A DNA stretch of 51,988 nt, from sequence record SRR20825019_1182; one strand, given 5' to 3'. A program made the position numbers and the translations under genes. The notes under the pieces are model-generated. The model was given only the letters and a program-made list of their open reading frames with translations, was not told where the DNA came from and did no database searches. Shown in pieces: positions 18,619 to 27,772 of this stretch (within the stretch, counting starts at the first letter, position 1; each line of letters begins with the position of its first letter).

Positions 18619-19593
18619 TCACGCAATCGGCGACCAGAGGCGGCCGCGTTTGGCGGCTATGTCGAGCCAGACCGCCAGAATGATGATGAGCCAGGTGACG
18701 ACATACTGGACGTAGAACTGAAGACCGGCGAGCAATAATCCATTCTGGATAAAACCGAGGATCAGAACCCCGATGACGGTCTTGAAGATCGTGCCGGAAC
18801 CGCCCAGAAGCGACGCGCCGCCCAGAATGACGGCGGCCAGCACTTCCAGTTCCATGCCCTGTCCAACTGTATTCTGGCTGCCGAGCGACCGGCTCGCCTG
18901 AATGAGACCCGCCGTCGCCACGCAGAACGATGAAATCAGATATGTGCAGAAAACCACTCGCGCCCGGGGAATTCCGGAAAACGTGGCAGCAACCCCATTG
19001 CCACCCACGGCGTAAACCTTGCGACCGAAGGGAGTCTTGGCGAGCAGCAGCGCCAGAATGATTGCCAGACCTGCAAAAATGACAATTTGCGACGGGATAC
19101 CCAGAATATCCCCCTGACCGAAGACGGAGAACCAGGTGTGCTCCTTGTCGGCAATATCCATGTTCTTGCCGCCGGAATAGGTCAGTGTCAGGCCGTATAT
19201 CGCCGAAAGCATACCGAGCGTGACGATCAGGGAGTTGAGACGAAGATAGCCGATCAGGAACCCGTTGAAAGCGCCCAGTGCCAGCGTCATGGCATACATC
19301 GTCGGAATGCCCAGCGCCGGGCCGAGGCGGTCATGCAGATCCAGAACCACGATGGTTGAGAACGACATCATCGAACCGACCGAAAGATCAAGATTACCGC
19401 CGATCACCACGAAGGTGACACCGAGTGCGATGACGCCAAGAATGGCCGAAGAGCGGATAACGCCGAGAATATTATCAGGCGCGATAAAGCGCGGGTTGAT
19501 CAGGGCAAAGCCGATCATGAACACCACAAAGGCAATCAGGATACCCTGCCGTGCCAGCAATGCGCCGACATCCTTTCTTGAAAAATTGGCCAA
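18619..19593 (-). CDS. Sugar ABC transporter permease (RbsC type)
   Basis: GNLDLSVG, FGRKVYAVGGN and AAVILGG motifs; TTG start at 19593 after GGAGGAG. Confidence 0.9.
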   Translation of the reverse strand: MANFSRKDVGALLARQGILIAFVVFMIGFALINPRFIAPDNILGVIRSSAILGVIALGVTFVVIGGNLDLSVGSMMSFSTIVVLDLHDRLGPALGIPTMYAMTLALGAFNGFLIGYLRLNSLIVTLGMLSAIYGLTLTYSGGKNMDIADKEHTWFSVFGQGDILGIPSQIVIFAGLAIILALLLAKTPFGRKVYAVGGNGVAATFSGIPRARVVFCTYLISSFCVATAGLIQASRSLGSQNTVGQGMELEVLAAVILGGASLLGGSGTIFKTVIGVLILGFIQNGLLLAGLQFYVQYVVTWLIIILAVWLDIAAKRGRLWSPIA

Positions 19594-19661
19594 CAGCTCC
19601 TCCCAAAGCTCTGGTTTCAGGCAGTTTCGGGCCTGCTCGCCCTGTTTTGGAGACAACGGCC

Positions 19662-20459
19662 TCACACGAGTGTCATGCCGCCATCAATCATGATTATCTG
19701 CCCGGTCATGTAGTCGCTTTCACGCGAGGCCAGAAACGTTGTGGTTCCGGTAATGTCAGCCGGTTTTGCCACCTGTCCGCGTAGTATTTCGGCGGAAAAC
19801 GCCGCCATGGCCTGTCCGGGGCGTTCCGCGGCGCCGATCTCCATCAGGTCGCGGTCAACCTGCTCCCACATTTCGGTGGCCACAACGCCCGGCGCAAAGC
19901 CGGTCACGGTGATATCGTGTTTGGCAAGATCGCGCGCACCGGACTGGATCAGCGATATCACGCCTGCTTTTGAGGCGCAGTAGGGCGCGACATTGTCAAA
20001 CCCCTGCCGACCCGCAATCGAAGTCGTATTGATGATCTTACCGCCGGTTTTCTGGCTGATCATCTGTTTTGCCGCCTCCTGCATACCGATCAGGCATCCA
20101 AGCCCGTTTACATTCATGATGAAGTGCCAGTTTTCCTCGGTCACATCGAGAAAATTCATCGGCCGGTTGACCCCGGCATTGTTGAACTTGACATCGAGTT
20201 TGCCGAACACGGAAACGGTGTGGGCAATCATGGCGCGCACCTGCTCCCGGCGGGTGACATCGACGACGGCATGGGTGATCCGTCCGCCGTTTCGGGTTGC
20301 GCGGTCATGATTGTCATCTTCGACCGCCCTGATCTGTTCGGCGTTGATATCGGCAAAACAGACATCCGCACCTTCGTCCAGCAGTGCTTCGCCAATCGCA
20401 CGGCCGATACCGCGTGCCGCTCCTGTCACAATGCAGGAACGTCCAGAGACACGACCCAC
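19662..20459 (-). CDS. SDR oxidoreductase (sorbitol dehydrogenase/acetoin reductase-like)
   Basis: TGAARGIG, NNAG, YCASK, DGG; GGGAGAGG RBS before GTG. Confidence 0.9.
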   Translation of the reverse strand: MGRVSGRSCIVTGAARGIGRAIGEALLDEGADVCFADINAEQIRAVEDDNHDRATRNGGRITHAVVDVTRREQVRAMIAHTVSVFGKLDVKFNNAGVNRPMNFLDVTEENWHFIMNVNGLGCLIGMQEAAKQMISQKTGGKIINTTSIAGRQGFDNVAPYCASKAGVISLIQSGARDLAKHDITVTGFAPGVVATEMWEQVDRDLMEIGAAERPGQAMAAFSAEILRGQVAKPADITGTTTFLASRESDYMTGQIIMIDGGMTLV

Positions 20460-20499
20460 TGAGCCTCTCCCGTAATTTAAAGTAATATTGACGGAACTG

Positions 20500-20527
20500 G
20501 CGGGGCTGGAATTCTGTCCGGCCCCGC
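20500..20527 (-). terminator. Stem-loop downstream of the solute-binding protein gene (stabiliser or partial terminator)
   Basis: GCGGGGC...GCCCCGC inverted repeat just after the SBP stop. Confidence 0.5.
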
Positions 20528-20542
20528 GTCTGGTTGAATGGA

Positions 20543-21505
20543 TCAGAAGACTGGCTTGGAGAACTGGTCCATATTGTCCTGCGTGATTTTCGGCGTGTCG
20601 AAATAGTTCAGGAACGGCACATCCTTGCCATCCAGAACATTGACGGCGGTTTGAAGCGCCGCTTCGGCATCATCGACCGGAGACTGGTAGATCGATCCCC
20701 AGTAGTCGCCGTTTTCCATGGCTTCATAGCCGACGGAGAAGTTGGTTGCGCCGACAAAAATAATACCGTCACGACCGGCGGCCTTGGCTGCGTTCAGTGC
20801 GCCGACGCCCATATTGTCATCACCGGCGTAAACGCCATCGATATCGTCATACTTGACAAGAAAGGCTTCCATAACCTTCTGCGACTTTTCCCGATTCCAG
20901 TCGCCGGGCTGGGTCTCGACCAGATCGACATTCGGGCAGACTTCCGGCAGGCGGTCCTCAAAGCCCTTGGCCCGCTCGATTGCTGTGGTGTACCCCGGCT
21001 GGCCGGAAATCTGCACGATCCTGGCTTCGTCGGCGATGCCCATGTCCTTGAATTTGTCGCACATGATTTCGGCTGCGCGCGAGCCTTGCGTGATATTGTC
21101 CGGGCCAGAGAAGGACGCCACGAAGTCAAAACCTGGCTCGGCAATGTTTGAATTGGTAACAATCACCGGAATGCCGGCCTTGTGGGCTTTTCGGACGGCC
21201 GGAATGACGGCTTCGCCATTGGTCGGCCAGATGATGATGGCGTCAACATCCTGTTGGATCAGGTCTTCCACCTGGGCAATCTGACGGGCCACATCGCCGC
21301 CGGCATCAAGAACCACCGTTTCAACGTCCGGGTTGGCTTCGGCGGCATTGATGAAGGCCTGCTCATAGGTCGTCTGATAGCTGTCTACGCCGACATTGTT
21401 CTGGGTAATACCGATTTTGTAGGTTTCTGCGGCAGCTGTGCCCGCAATGGCAAAGCCTGCAAGCGCTGTCGCGGCTGTCAAAGCCAGCCTGTTGGTAATC
21501 TTCAT
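20543..21505 (-). CDS. Sugar ABC transporter periplasmic binding protein (RbsB type)
   Basis: Signal peptide MKITNRLALTAATALAGFAIAGTAAA; DAIIIWP, GDWNR and DDNMGVGA motifs; GGGAGG RBS before ATG 21505. Confidence 0.92.
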   Translation of the reverse strand: MKITNRLALTAATALAGFAIAGTAAAETYKIGITQNNVGVDSYQTTYEQAFINAAEANPDVETVVLDAGGDVARQIAQVEDLIQQDVDAIIIWPTNGEAVIPAVRKAHKAGIPVIVTNSNIAEPGFDFVASFSGPDNITQGSRAAEIMCDKFKDMGIADEARIVQISGQPGYTTAIERAKGFEDRLPEVCPNVDLVETQPGDWNREKSQKVMEAFLVKYDDIDGVYAGDDNMGVGALNAAKAAGRDGIIFVGATNFSVGYEAMENGDYWGSIYQSPVDDAEAALQTAVNVLDGKDVPFLNYFDTPKITQDNMDQFSKPVF

Positions 21506-21627
21506 GGCTCGTTCCTCCCAAACGATTGAAATCATGCATTGCCACAGCTCACCACTCGTTGAGGGAGCCTCTCCCGGGCAATCGACCTTCATACACCATC
21601 AATTCCGCTCGAATGGAGCCTTCAAAG

Positions 21628-21665
21628 ATATCCATATTGGATGATTTGTTATCCAATATGGATAT
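21628..21665. promoter_or_regulatory. Operator: perfect 15-bp inverted repeat with 8-nt spacer in a divergent promoter
   Basis: ATATCCATATTGGAT-GATTTGTT-ATCCAATATGGATAT; each arm contains ATCCA-N3-TGGAT. Confidence 0.75.
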
Positions 21666-21715
21666 TTTAGCGATACTTCACGGTCGCCGTTTTGGACAAG
21701 TTCGGGAGGACTGCA

Positions 21716-23542
21716 ATGACAAATTCAACGAGACGCAGATCAGGCGATGGTCTGCTGAGGCAAATGAACCAGGATATCCTGCAAAATATTCAAAATGGAT
21801 ATATGTCCGCCGGGGCCGGTGGTGCAGAAGGCGGAACACCCGTTGCCGCCGAGCTGGATGCGGTCGTGCGTTTTCTGGAGGATGTTCTGGTTGAGCTGGA
21901 TTCCAGTACCACGCCCGGTTCTCCCAATCCTTACCTGAATATGAGCCTTCATCTGCTGCGCCGTCATCTCGAGGGGCGGATGGTTATTCCCTCTTCGATC
22001 ATTGCTGCCTCCGGCGTGCCTTATGCGACAGCCACGCGCAAGCTGACAGAGATGCTGGAAAGCGGTGCCATTGAACAACGTCCGCGTTCTAAAACCGGCA
22101 AGAGCGTTTCCCTGCATCCCAGTCCCGAAATGCTGGATAACTGGTGTCAGCTTGCGCGTCGCATTCATCGCCTCGCTGCTGTGCGGTTTGGTGCAGATGG
22201 TTTCACGCAGGAGAATGCCGACTATTATTTCGGCGGCTCCTACCAGCCCGGCAAGATGCTGATCGGACCGCCGCAGGCCCTGCCGGTGTCGATGAAGCTG
22301 TCGGGTGGCCTGCGCATTCTGGTCCATGGTGACCCGACATTCATGGTGATGAGCAATCTGAAGCGCCAGTTCGAGCATCTGGTCGGTTGCAATATCCACC
22401 AGCGCGCTTTTTCAATCGACCGCCTGCGGGGAGAGGCACTGCGAAACGGTGAGCGCGCGACAAGCCGTTACGATCTGATTGCGGTTGATCTGCCGTGGCT
22501 GGGCGAATTCGTCAAAAAGGGCATCTTGCGTCCACTCCCGTCGATCATGGATCTGAACCGGCTTGATCCCGGCGATTTTCACACCGCAGGCTGGCGTGCG
22601 GCCCATTGGGACGGCCTGGCCTACGGCGTGCCGAGCCAGACCACGCCGGAACTGTTTTTCTACCGCCGCGATCTGTTCGCCGAGGCCGCGCTGGAACCGC
22701 CGGAAACGACGGGCGCCGTGCTGGACGCCGCCAGTAGATTTCATGATCCGCGCATGGGTGTCTACGGCATCGCCTGGAATGCCGCACGCGGCACAGCGCT
22801 TGGCCACACATTCATGATGACCTGTGCAGATTTCGGGCAACCGATCATCAATCTTGACGAAATCGCGGGTGGTTTCGACGCCGATCATCTGGAACGCAAC
22901 GATCTGCACCCGACGATCGACACGCCAAAGGCACTGGAGGCGGCGGAATATCTGCTGGCGCTGATGGAATTCTCGCCGCCGGACATTCTTTCAATGTCCT
23001 GGTATGAGCGGGTTCGGCCTTACGCCGAAGGCAAGGTTGCCATGGCCTATGGCTATACGCTGCTTGCTCCCTATTTCGAGCTTGATCAGCAGTCACCGGC
23101 ATTCGGCAATACCGGCTATCTGCCGCACCCGCACGGGAAGGGCGGTACGCCGATCGCGCCGGTCGGCGGTTATGTTTTCGGCATTCCCGCCAACCTGCCG
23201 GAAGAGCGCGTTGATGATGCCGTCGAGGCACTGATCGCGTTTACTTCGCCGGAGGCGCAAAAGCTGTTTATCCAGAATGGCAGTCGCACGGCGCCGCGCT
23301 ATTCCGTCGGTTCCGATCCGGAAGTGCGGCGTCTGTCGCCAATTTTCGAAAGCGTTGACCAGATGTCCTGGCGCGATGAGTTGCAGTTCTGGCCGCGTCC
23401 GCCGGTCCCGGAAATTTCCGACATCATCCAGATCTGCGGCCATGAGCTGCACGACATGCTGCGCGGCATTGTCAGTCCGAAACAGGCCCTTTCCCGTGCT
23501 CAGTCGCGCGCGGAAGAGGCTATGCGAAGTAACGTCACATAG
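21716..23542 (+). CDS. Putative regulator: N-terminal winged-HTH fused to a family-1 sugar-binding domain, no signal peptide
   Basis: HTH-like SSIIAASGVPYATATRKLTEMLESGAIEQRPRSKTGKSVSLHP; SBP motifs YDLIAVD, YYRRDLF-like FFYRRDLF, GKVAM; GGAGG before ATG 21716. Confidence 0.8.
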   Translation: MTNSTRRRSGDGLLRQMNQDILQNIQNGYMSAGAGGAEGGTPVAAELDAVVRFLEDVLVELDSSTTPGSPNPYLNMSLHLLRRHLEGRMVIPSSIIAASGVPYATATRKLTEMLESGAIEQRPRSKTGKSVSLHPSPEMLDNWCQLARRIHRLAAVRFGADGFTQENADYYFGGSYQPGKMLIGPPQALPVSMKLSGGLRILVHGDPTFMVMSNLKRQFEHLVGCNIHQRAFSIDRLRGEALRNGERATSRYDLIAVDLPWLGEFVKKGILRPLPSIMDLNRLDPGDFHTAGWRAAHWDGLAYGVPSQTTPELFFYRRDLFAEAALEPPETTGAVLDAASRFHDPRMGVYGIAWNAARGTALGHTFMMTCADFGQPIINLDEIAGGFDADHLERNDLHPTIDTPKALEAAEYLLALMEFSPPDILSMSWYERVRPYAEGKVAMAYGYTLLAPYFELDQQSPAFGNTGYLPHPHGKGGTPIAPVGGYVFGIPANLPEERVDDAVEALIAFTSPEAQKLFIQNGSRTAPRYSVGSDPEVRRLSPIFESVDQMSWRDELQFWPRPPVPEISDIIQICGHELHDMLRGIVSPKQALSRAQSRAEEAMRSNVT

Positions 23543-23565
23543 GCCCTTTGCAAGGACAAAGGGCC
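23542..23565 (+). terminator. Stem-loop after the regulator gene
   Basis: GGCCCTTTG-N6-CAAAGGGCC. Confidence 0.45.
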
Positions 23566-23587
23566 GGTCATCACGGGAGGAGACACC

Positions 23588-24394
23588 ATGGATACCAATC
23601 GCCTCAAAGGCAAAAATATCCTGATCACAGGCGGCGCCCAGGGCATGGGCGCGACCAATGCCGAGCATTTCGCCGAACAGGGCGCCAATGTCTGCATCGG
23701 CGACCTCGATCTGGAAATGGGCAAGGCGTTGGCCGACAAGATCAACGCTGCCGGAAACGGCCGGGCGATTGCGGTGAAGATGGATGTTACCAGCCGTGAT
23801 GACAATGAGGCCGCTGTCGCTGCGACGGTCGAAGCCTTCGGCATGATCAATGTCGGGCTGTTCAATGCCGGGGTCAACAAGCCGAAATTCTTCATGGATA
23901 TCGATGAGGACAACTGGGACTTCATCATGAATGTGAACACCAAGGGCATGTGGCTCGGCATGCAGGCCGTTGCCCGGCAGATGATCAGGCAGGGCAAGCA
24001 GAACCATGTCTACAAGCTGATCAATGTCGGCTCGGTCGCGTCGCGAAAGCCGCTTTATGATGTGACGGTTTACTGCACCTCGAAATATGGCTGCCTGGCG
24101 CTGACCCATTGCGGCGCGGTGACGCTTGCCGAACACAATATTACGGTCAACGGCTATGCGCCGGGCGTCGTCAAGACGCCGCTCTGGGCGCAGCTCGACA
24201 AGGATCTGGTTGAGATGGGCTTCAAACAAAAGGAAGGACAGGCTTTTGAGGATCTGGCCGAGAATGATCTGGCGCTGAAAAAGGTCTCCTATCCCGATGA
24301 TGTGAAGGGAACGGCGGCTTTTCTCGCCAGTCACGACAGCGACTACATGACGGGTCAGATGATCCATATCGACGGTGGCTGGGTGATCCAGTAG
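23588..24394 (+). CDS. SDR oxidoreductase (polyol/acetoin dehydrogenase-like)
   Basis: TGGAQGMG, FNAG, YCTSK, DGG; GGAGGAG RBS. Confidence 0.9.
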   Translation: MDTNRLKGKNILITGGAQGMGATNAEHFAEQGANVCIGDLDLEMGKALADKINAAGNGRAIAVKMDVTSRDDNEAAVAATVEAFGMINVGLFNAGVNKPKFFMDIDEDNWDFIMNVNTKGMWLGMQAVARQMIRQGKQNHVYKLINVGSVASRKPLYDVTVYCTSKYGCLALTHCGAVTLAEHNITVNGYAPGVVKTPLWAQLDKDLVEMGFKQKEGQAFEDLAENDLALKKVSYPDDVKGTAAFLASHDSDYMTGQMIHIDGGWVIQ

Positions 24395-24470
24395 CGCTGC
24401 GACCTCCGGTTTACCGAGCATTCATTTCAAACGTGCAGGCAGGCGGGAGCGCTGCCTGAGGGAGAGTTTC

Positions 24471-25769
24471 ATGAACCGCGCACTGACACCCAATGTGCTG
24501 ACGCCGCAGGATCTTCAACCCAACTGGAACTGGGAGGGGCGTCTGCCCGCCTGGGGGCCGACGTCGGTCGATTTCGAGCGCCGCGTCGATCACGACCGGC
24601 TGAGGCGCTATCGCCTCTCGCGTACCCGGCAGGCGTTGAAGAACAGTGACGCGGGCTCGCTGCTGCTCTTCGACGTCAACAATATCCGCTATGTCTCCGC
24701 CACCAAGATCGGCGAGTGGGAACGCGACAAGATGTGCCGCTTCTGCCTTCTGACAGGCGATGACGCGCCCTACGTCTGGGATTTCGGCTCGGCGGCCGTT
24801 CATCACCGCAAGTTTTCCGACTGGCTGGTGCCGGATCATTGCCGCGCAGGTGTTGTCGGTATGCGTGGCACGATTCCGCCACCCTTCGGACTGATGAAGA
24901 AATATGCCGAGGAGATTGCGGGTCTCATCCGCGATGCCGGTATGGCCGATATGCCGGTCGGTCTCGATTATGCGGAAACCGCGATGTTCGAGGCGCTGAA
25001 GGCCGCCGGGCTGAATGTCGTGGATGGTCAGCAGATCATGTTGTCTGCCCGCGAGATCAAGAACTGGGACGAGATTCAGCTTCTCACGCAGGCCGCCAGC
25101 ATGGTCGATGGCGTCTACCACATGATTTACGAGGAACTGAAGCCGGGCGTGCGCGAAAACCAGATCGTCGCCATGTCGAACAAGCTGCTTTACGAAATGG
25201 GGTCCGACGATGTGGAGGCGATCAACGCCATTTCCGGCGAGCGATGCAATCCGCATCCGCACAACTTTACCGACCGGATGTTCCGTCCCGGCGATCAGGC
25301 GTTTTTCGATATCCTGCAGAGCTATCAGGGCTATCGGACCTGCTACTACCGGACCTTCAACATCGGTATGTCGACGCCCGCCCAGCGCGATGCCTATGTG
25401 AAGGCGCGCGAATGGATCGATGCCTCGATTGCGCTGATCAGGCCCGGCGTTTCCACCGATACGGTGGCGAAGGCGTGGCCGAAGGCGGAGGAATTCGGCT
25501 TTCCCGATGAACTGTCCGCTTTCGGTCTGCAGTTCGGCCACGGGCTCGGCCTTGCGCTGCATGAACGGCCGATCATCAGCCGTGCCGTCTCGCTCGACAA
25601 TCCCATGGAAATCCAGACTGGCATGGTGTTCGCGTTGGAGACCTATTGCCCCGCCGCCGACGGCTTTTCTGCTGCCCGGATTGAGGAGGAGGTTGTTGTC
25701 ACCGATACCGGTTGTCAGGTCATTTCGCTGTTTCCGGCTGCGGAACTGCCGATTGCAAACCGATACTGA
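24471..25769 (+). CDS. M24 (pita-bread fold) peptidase/amidohydrolase-like protein
   Basis: NIRYVS creatinase-type N-domain, REIKNWDEI, FGHGLG, ALETY and RIEE motifs. Confidence 0.85.
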   Translation: MNRALTPNVLTPQDLQPNWNWEGRLPAWGPTSVDFERRVDHDRLRRYRLSRTRQALKNSDAGSLLLFDVNNIRYVSATKIGEWERDKMCRFCLLTGDDAPYVWDFGSAAVHHRKFSDWLVPDHCRAGVVGMRGTIPPPFGLMKKYAEEIAGLIRDAGMADMPVGLDYAETAMFEALKAAGLNVVDGQQIMLSAREIKNWDEIQLLTQAASMVDGVYHMIYEELKPGVRENQIVAMSNKLLYEMGSDDVEAINAISGERCNPHPHNFTDRMFRPGDQAFFDILQSYQGYRTCYYRTFNIGMSTPAQRDAYVKAREWIDASIALIRPGVSTDTVAKAWPKAEEFGFPDELSAFGLQFGHGLGLALHERPIISRAVSLDNPMEIQTGMVFALETYCPAADGFSAARIEEEVVVTDTGCQVISLFPAAELPIANRY

Positions 25770-25782
25770 GGCGGAAAATGTC

Positions 25783-26766
25783 ATGAGCGCTCAAGAAAAC
25801 AAGCATAATCGCGAGGACTATCTGCGCATGTATCGGCAGATGGTTCGCATCCGCACCTTCGAGGACAATGCCAACCAGCTTTACCTTTCCGCCAAAATGC
25901 CGGGGCTTACCCACATGTATTCCGGCGAGGAGGCCGTTGCCGTCGGCATCTGCGAGGCGCTGACGGACAATGACCGGATTACCTCCACCCATCGCGGGCA
26001 TGGGCACTGCGTTGCAAAGGGTGCCGATTTTCAGGCAATGTTCTGCGAACTTCTCGGCAAGGAAGAGGGCTATTGCCGGGGCAAGGGCGGGTCGATGCAT
26101 ATCGCCGACCAGAGCCACGGCAACCTCGGCGCCAATGCCATTGTCGGTGGGTCGATGGGCATTGCCACAGGCTCTGCGCTTCGGGCCAAGATGCAGAACT
26201 CAGATGATGTGACGGTCTGCTTCTTCGGCGACGGGGCAACCGCGCAGGGGCTCTTGTACGAGGTCATGAATATGGCAGCCCTCTGGAACCTGCCGGTCAT
26301 CTATGCCTGCGAGAACAACGGTTATTCGGAATATACCAAAACGGTGGAAATTGCCGCCGGTTCGATTTCTGAACGCGCCCGCGCCTTTGGCATCGAGGCC
26401 TTTGAGGTGGACGGTCAGGACGTGCTGGCGGTTAATGAACTGACGCGCGAACTGGTACAGCGCTGCCGCCGTGGCGAGGGGCCGTTTTTCATTGAGCTCA
26501 AGACCTACCGTTATCACGGCCACCATGTCGGTGATATCAACCGCGAATACTACCGCTCGAAGGACGAGGAAAAGGAGTGGAAGGAAAACCGGGACCCGAT
26601 TGCGCTGTTTTCAACGTGGCTGACCGGTGAGGGGATTGCCTCGCAGGAAGAGCTTGAGGCCATGCAGGCCGAAATCCGCGACGACGCGGCTTCTTCCGTC
26701 GAATACGCTCTGAAGGCGAAATACCCCGACGTGGGCGAAGTCGACATGCATGTTTTCGCGGACTGA
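25783..26766 (+). CDS. ThDP-dependent dehydrogenase E1 alpha subunit (AcoA/PdhA family)
   Basis: THRGHGH, GKGGSMH, FFGDGA...ENN ThDP motif, YRYHGH; start MSAQ at 25783. Confidence 0.93.
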   Translation: MSAQENKHNREDYLRMYRQMVRIRTFEDNANQLYLSAKMPGLTHMYSGEEAVAVGICEALTDNDRITSTHRGHGHCVAKGADFQAMFCELLGKEEGYCRGKGGSMHIADQSHGNLGANAIVGGSMGIATGSALRAKMQNSDDVTVCFFGDGATAQGLLYEVMNMAALWNLPVIYACENNGYSEYTKTVEIAAGSISERARAFGIEAFEVDGQDVLAVNELTRELVQRCRRGEGPFFIELKTYRYHGHHVGDINREYYRSKDEEKEWKENRDPIALFSTWLTGEGIASQEELEAMQAEIRDDAASSVEYALKAKYPDVGEVDMHVFAD

Positions 26767-26776
26767 GGAGGATACC

Positions 26777-27772
26777 ATGCGAAAAATAACGCTATCCCAG
26801 GCCGTGAATGAGGCGTTGGCCGAAGAACTGCGCCGTGACCCCACGACCTTCATCATCGGCGAGGATGTGGCCGAAGCCGGGACACCGTTCAAGGTACTGT
26901 CCGGGCTTGTCGAGGAGTTTGGAACCGAGCGCGTCATCGACACGCCGATTGCCGAACCAGGCTTCATGGGAATTGCCGTTGGCGCCGCGATGACCGGTGC
27001 CAGACCGATTGTCGATCTGATGTTCGGCGATTTTTTGTTCCTGATCATGGATCAGCTTTGCAACCAGGCCGCCAAGATCCACTACATGTCCGGCGGCAAG
27101 CTCAACGTGCCGCTGGTGGTACGCACAAATCTGGGGGCAACCCGGCGTTCGGCCGCCCAGCACTCCCAGTCGCTGCATGCACTCGTGGCGCATATTCCGG
27201 GTCTCAAGGTAGCGCTTCCCTCGTCGGCCTATGAGGCCAAGGGGCTGATGAAGACGGCGATCCGCGACAACAATCCGGTCGTCATCTTCGAAGACAAGCT
27301 GATGTATAACGACAAGGCCGAGGTGCCGGAGGACGAATATCTCATCCCCTTCGGTGAAGCGGCAATCTTACGCGAAGGCCGGGACATTACGCTTGTGGCG
27401 ACGTCTTCCATGGTGCAGGTGGCACTTGCCGCCGCCGATCTTCTGGAACGGGAAGGGATTTCGGCGGAAGTCATCGATCCGCGCACGATCGTGCCGCTGG
27501 ACGAGGAGACCATCCTCAATTCGGTGAGAAAGACATCGCGCGCCATGGTGATCGACGAAGGTCACCAAAGCTACGGTATCACCGGCGAAATCGCCAGCCG
27601 CATCTCGGAAAAGGCCTTCTACTATCTCGATGCGCCGGTTTTGCGCATGGGCGCGATGGATGTTCCGGTGCCGTTTTCGCCTGCGCTTGAGGACATCACC
27701 GTGCCGACGCCGGAACGGGTTGCCGAACGGGCGCGGCTTTCGGTGCGTGGGGAGCTTTTCCATGCCGCATGA
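26777..27772 (+). CDS. E1 beta subunit (AcoB/PdhB family)
   Basis: GEDV, DTPIAE, AAQHSQS, DPRTIVPLD; GAGGAGG RBS. Confidence 0.93.
   Translation: MRKITLSQAVNEALAEELRRDPTTFIIGEDVAEAGTPFKVLSGLVEEFGTERVIDTPIAEPGFMGIAVGAAMTGARPIVDLMFGDFLFLIMDQLCNQAAKIHYMSGGKLNVPLVVRTNLGATRRSAAQHSQSLHALVAHIPGLKVALPSSAYEAKGLMKTAIRDNNPVVIFEDKLMYNDKAEVPEDEYLIPFGEAAILREGRDITLVATSSMVQVALAAADLLEREGISAEVIDPRTIVPLDEETILNSVRKTSRAMVIDEGHQSYGITGEIASRISEKAFYYLDAPVLRMGAMDVPVPFSPALEDITVPTPERVAERARLSVRGELFHAA

Noticed and set aside
25507-25782. N-terminal extension of E1 alpha in the ORF track
   Set aside because: Overlaps the M24 gene in another frame; family similarity starts at ATG 25783
23093-25784. 442-aa and 457-aa minus-strand ORFs
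   Set aside because: Antisense shadows of the SDR and M24 genes, common in high-GC DNA with biased codons
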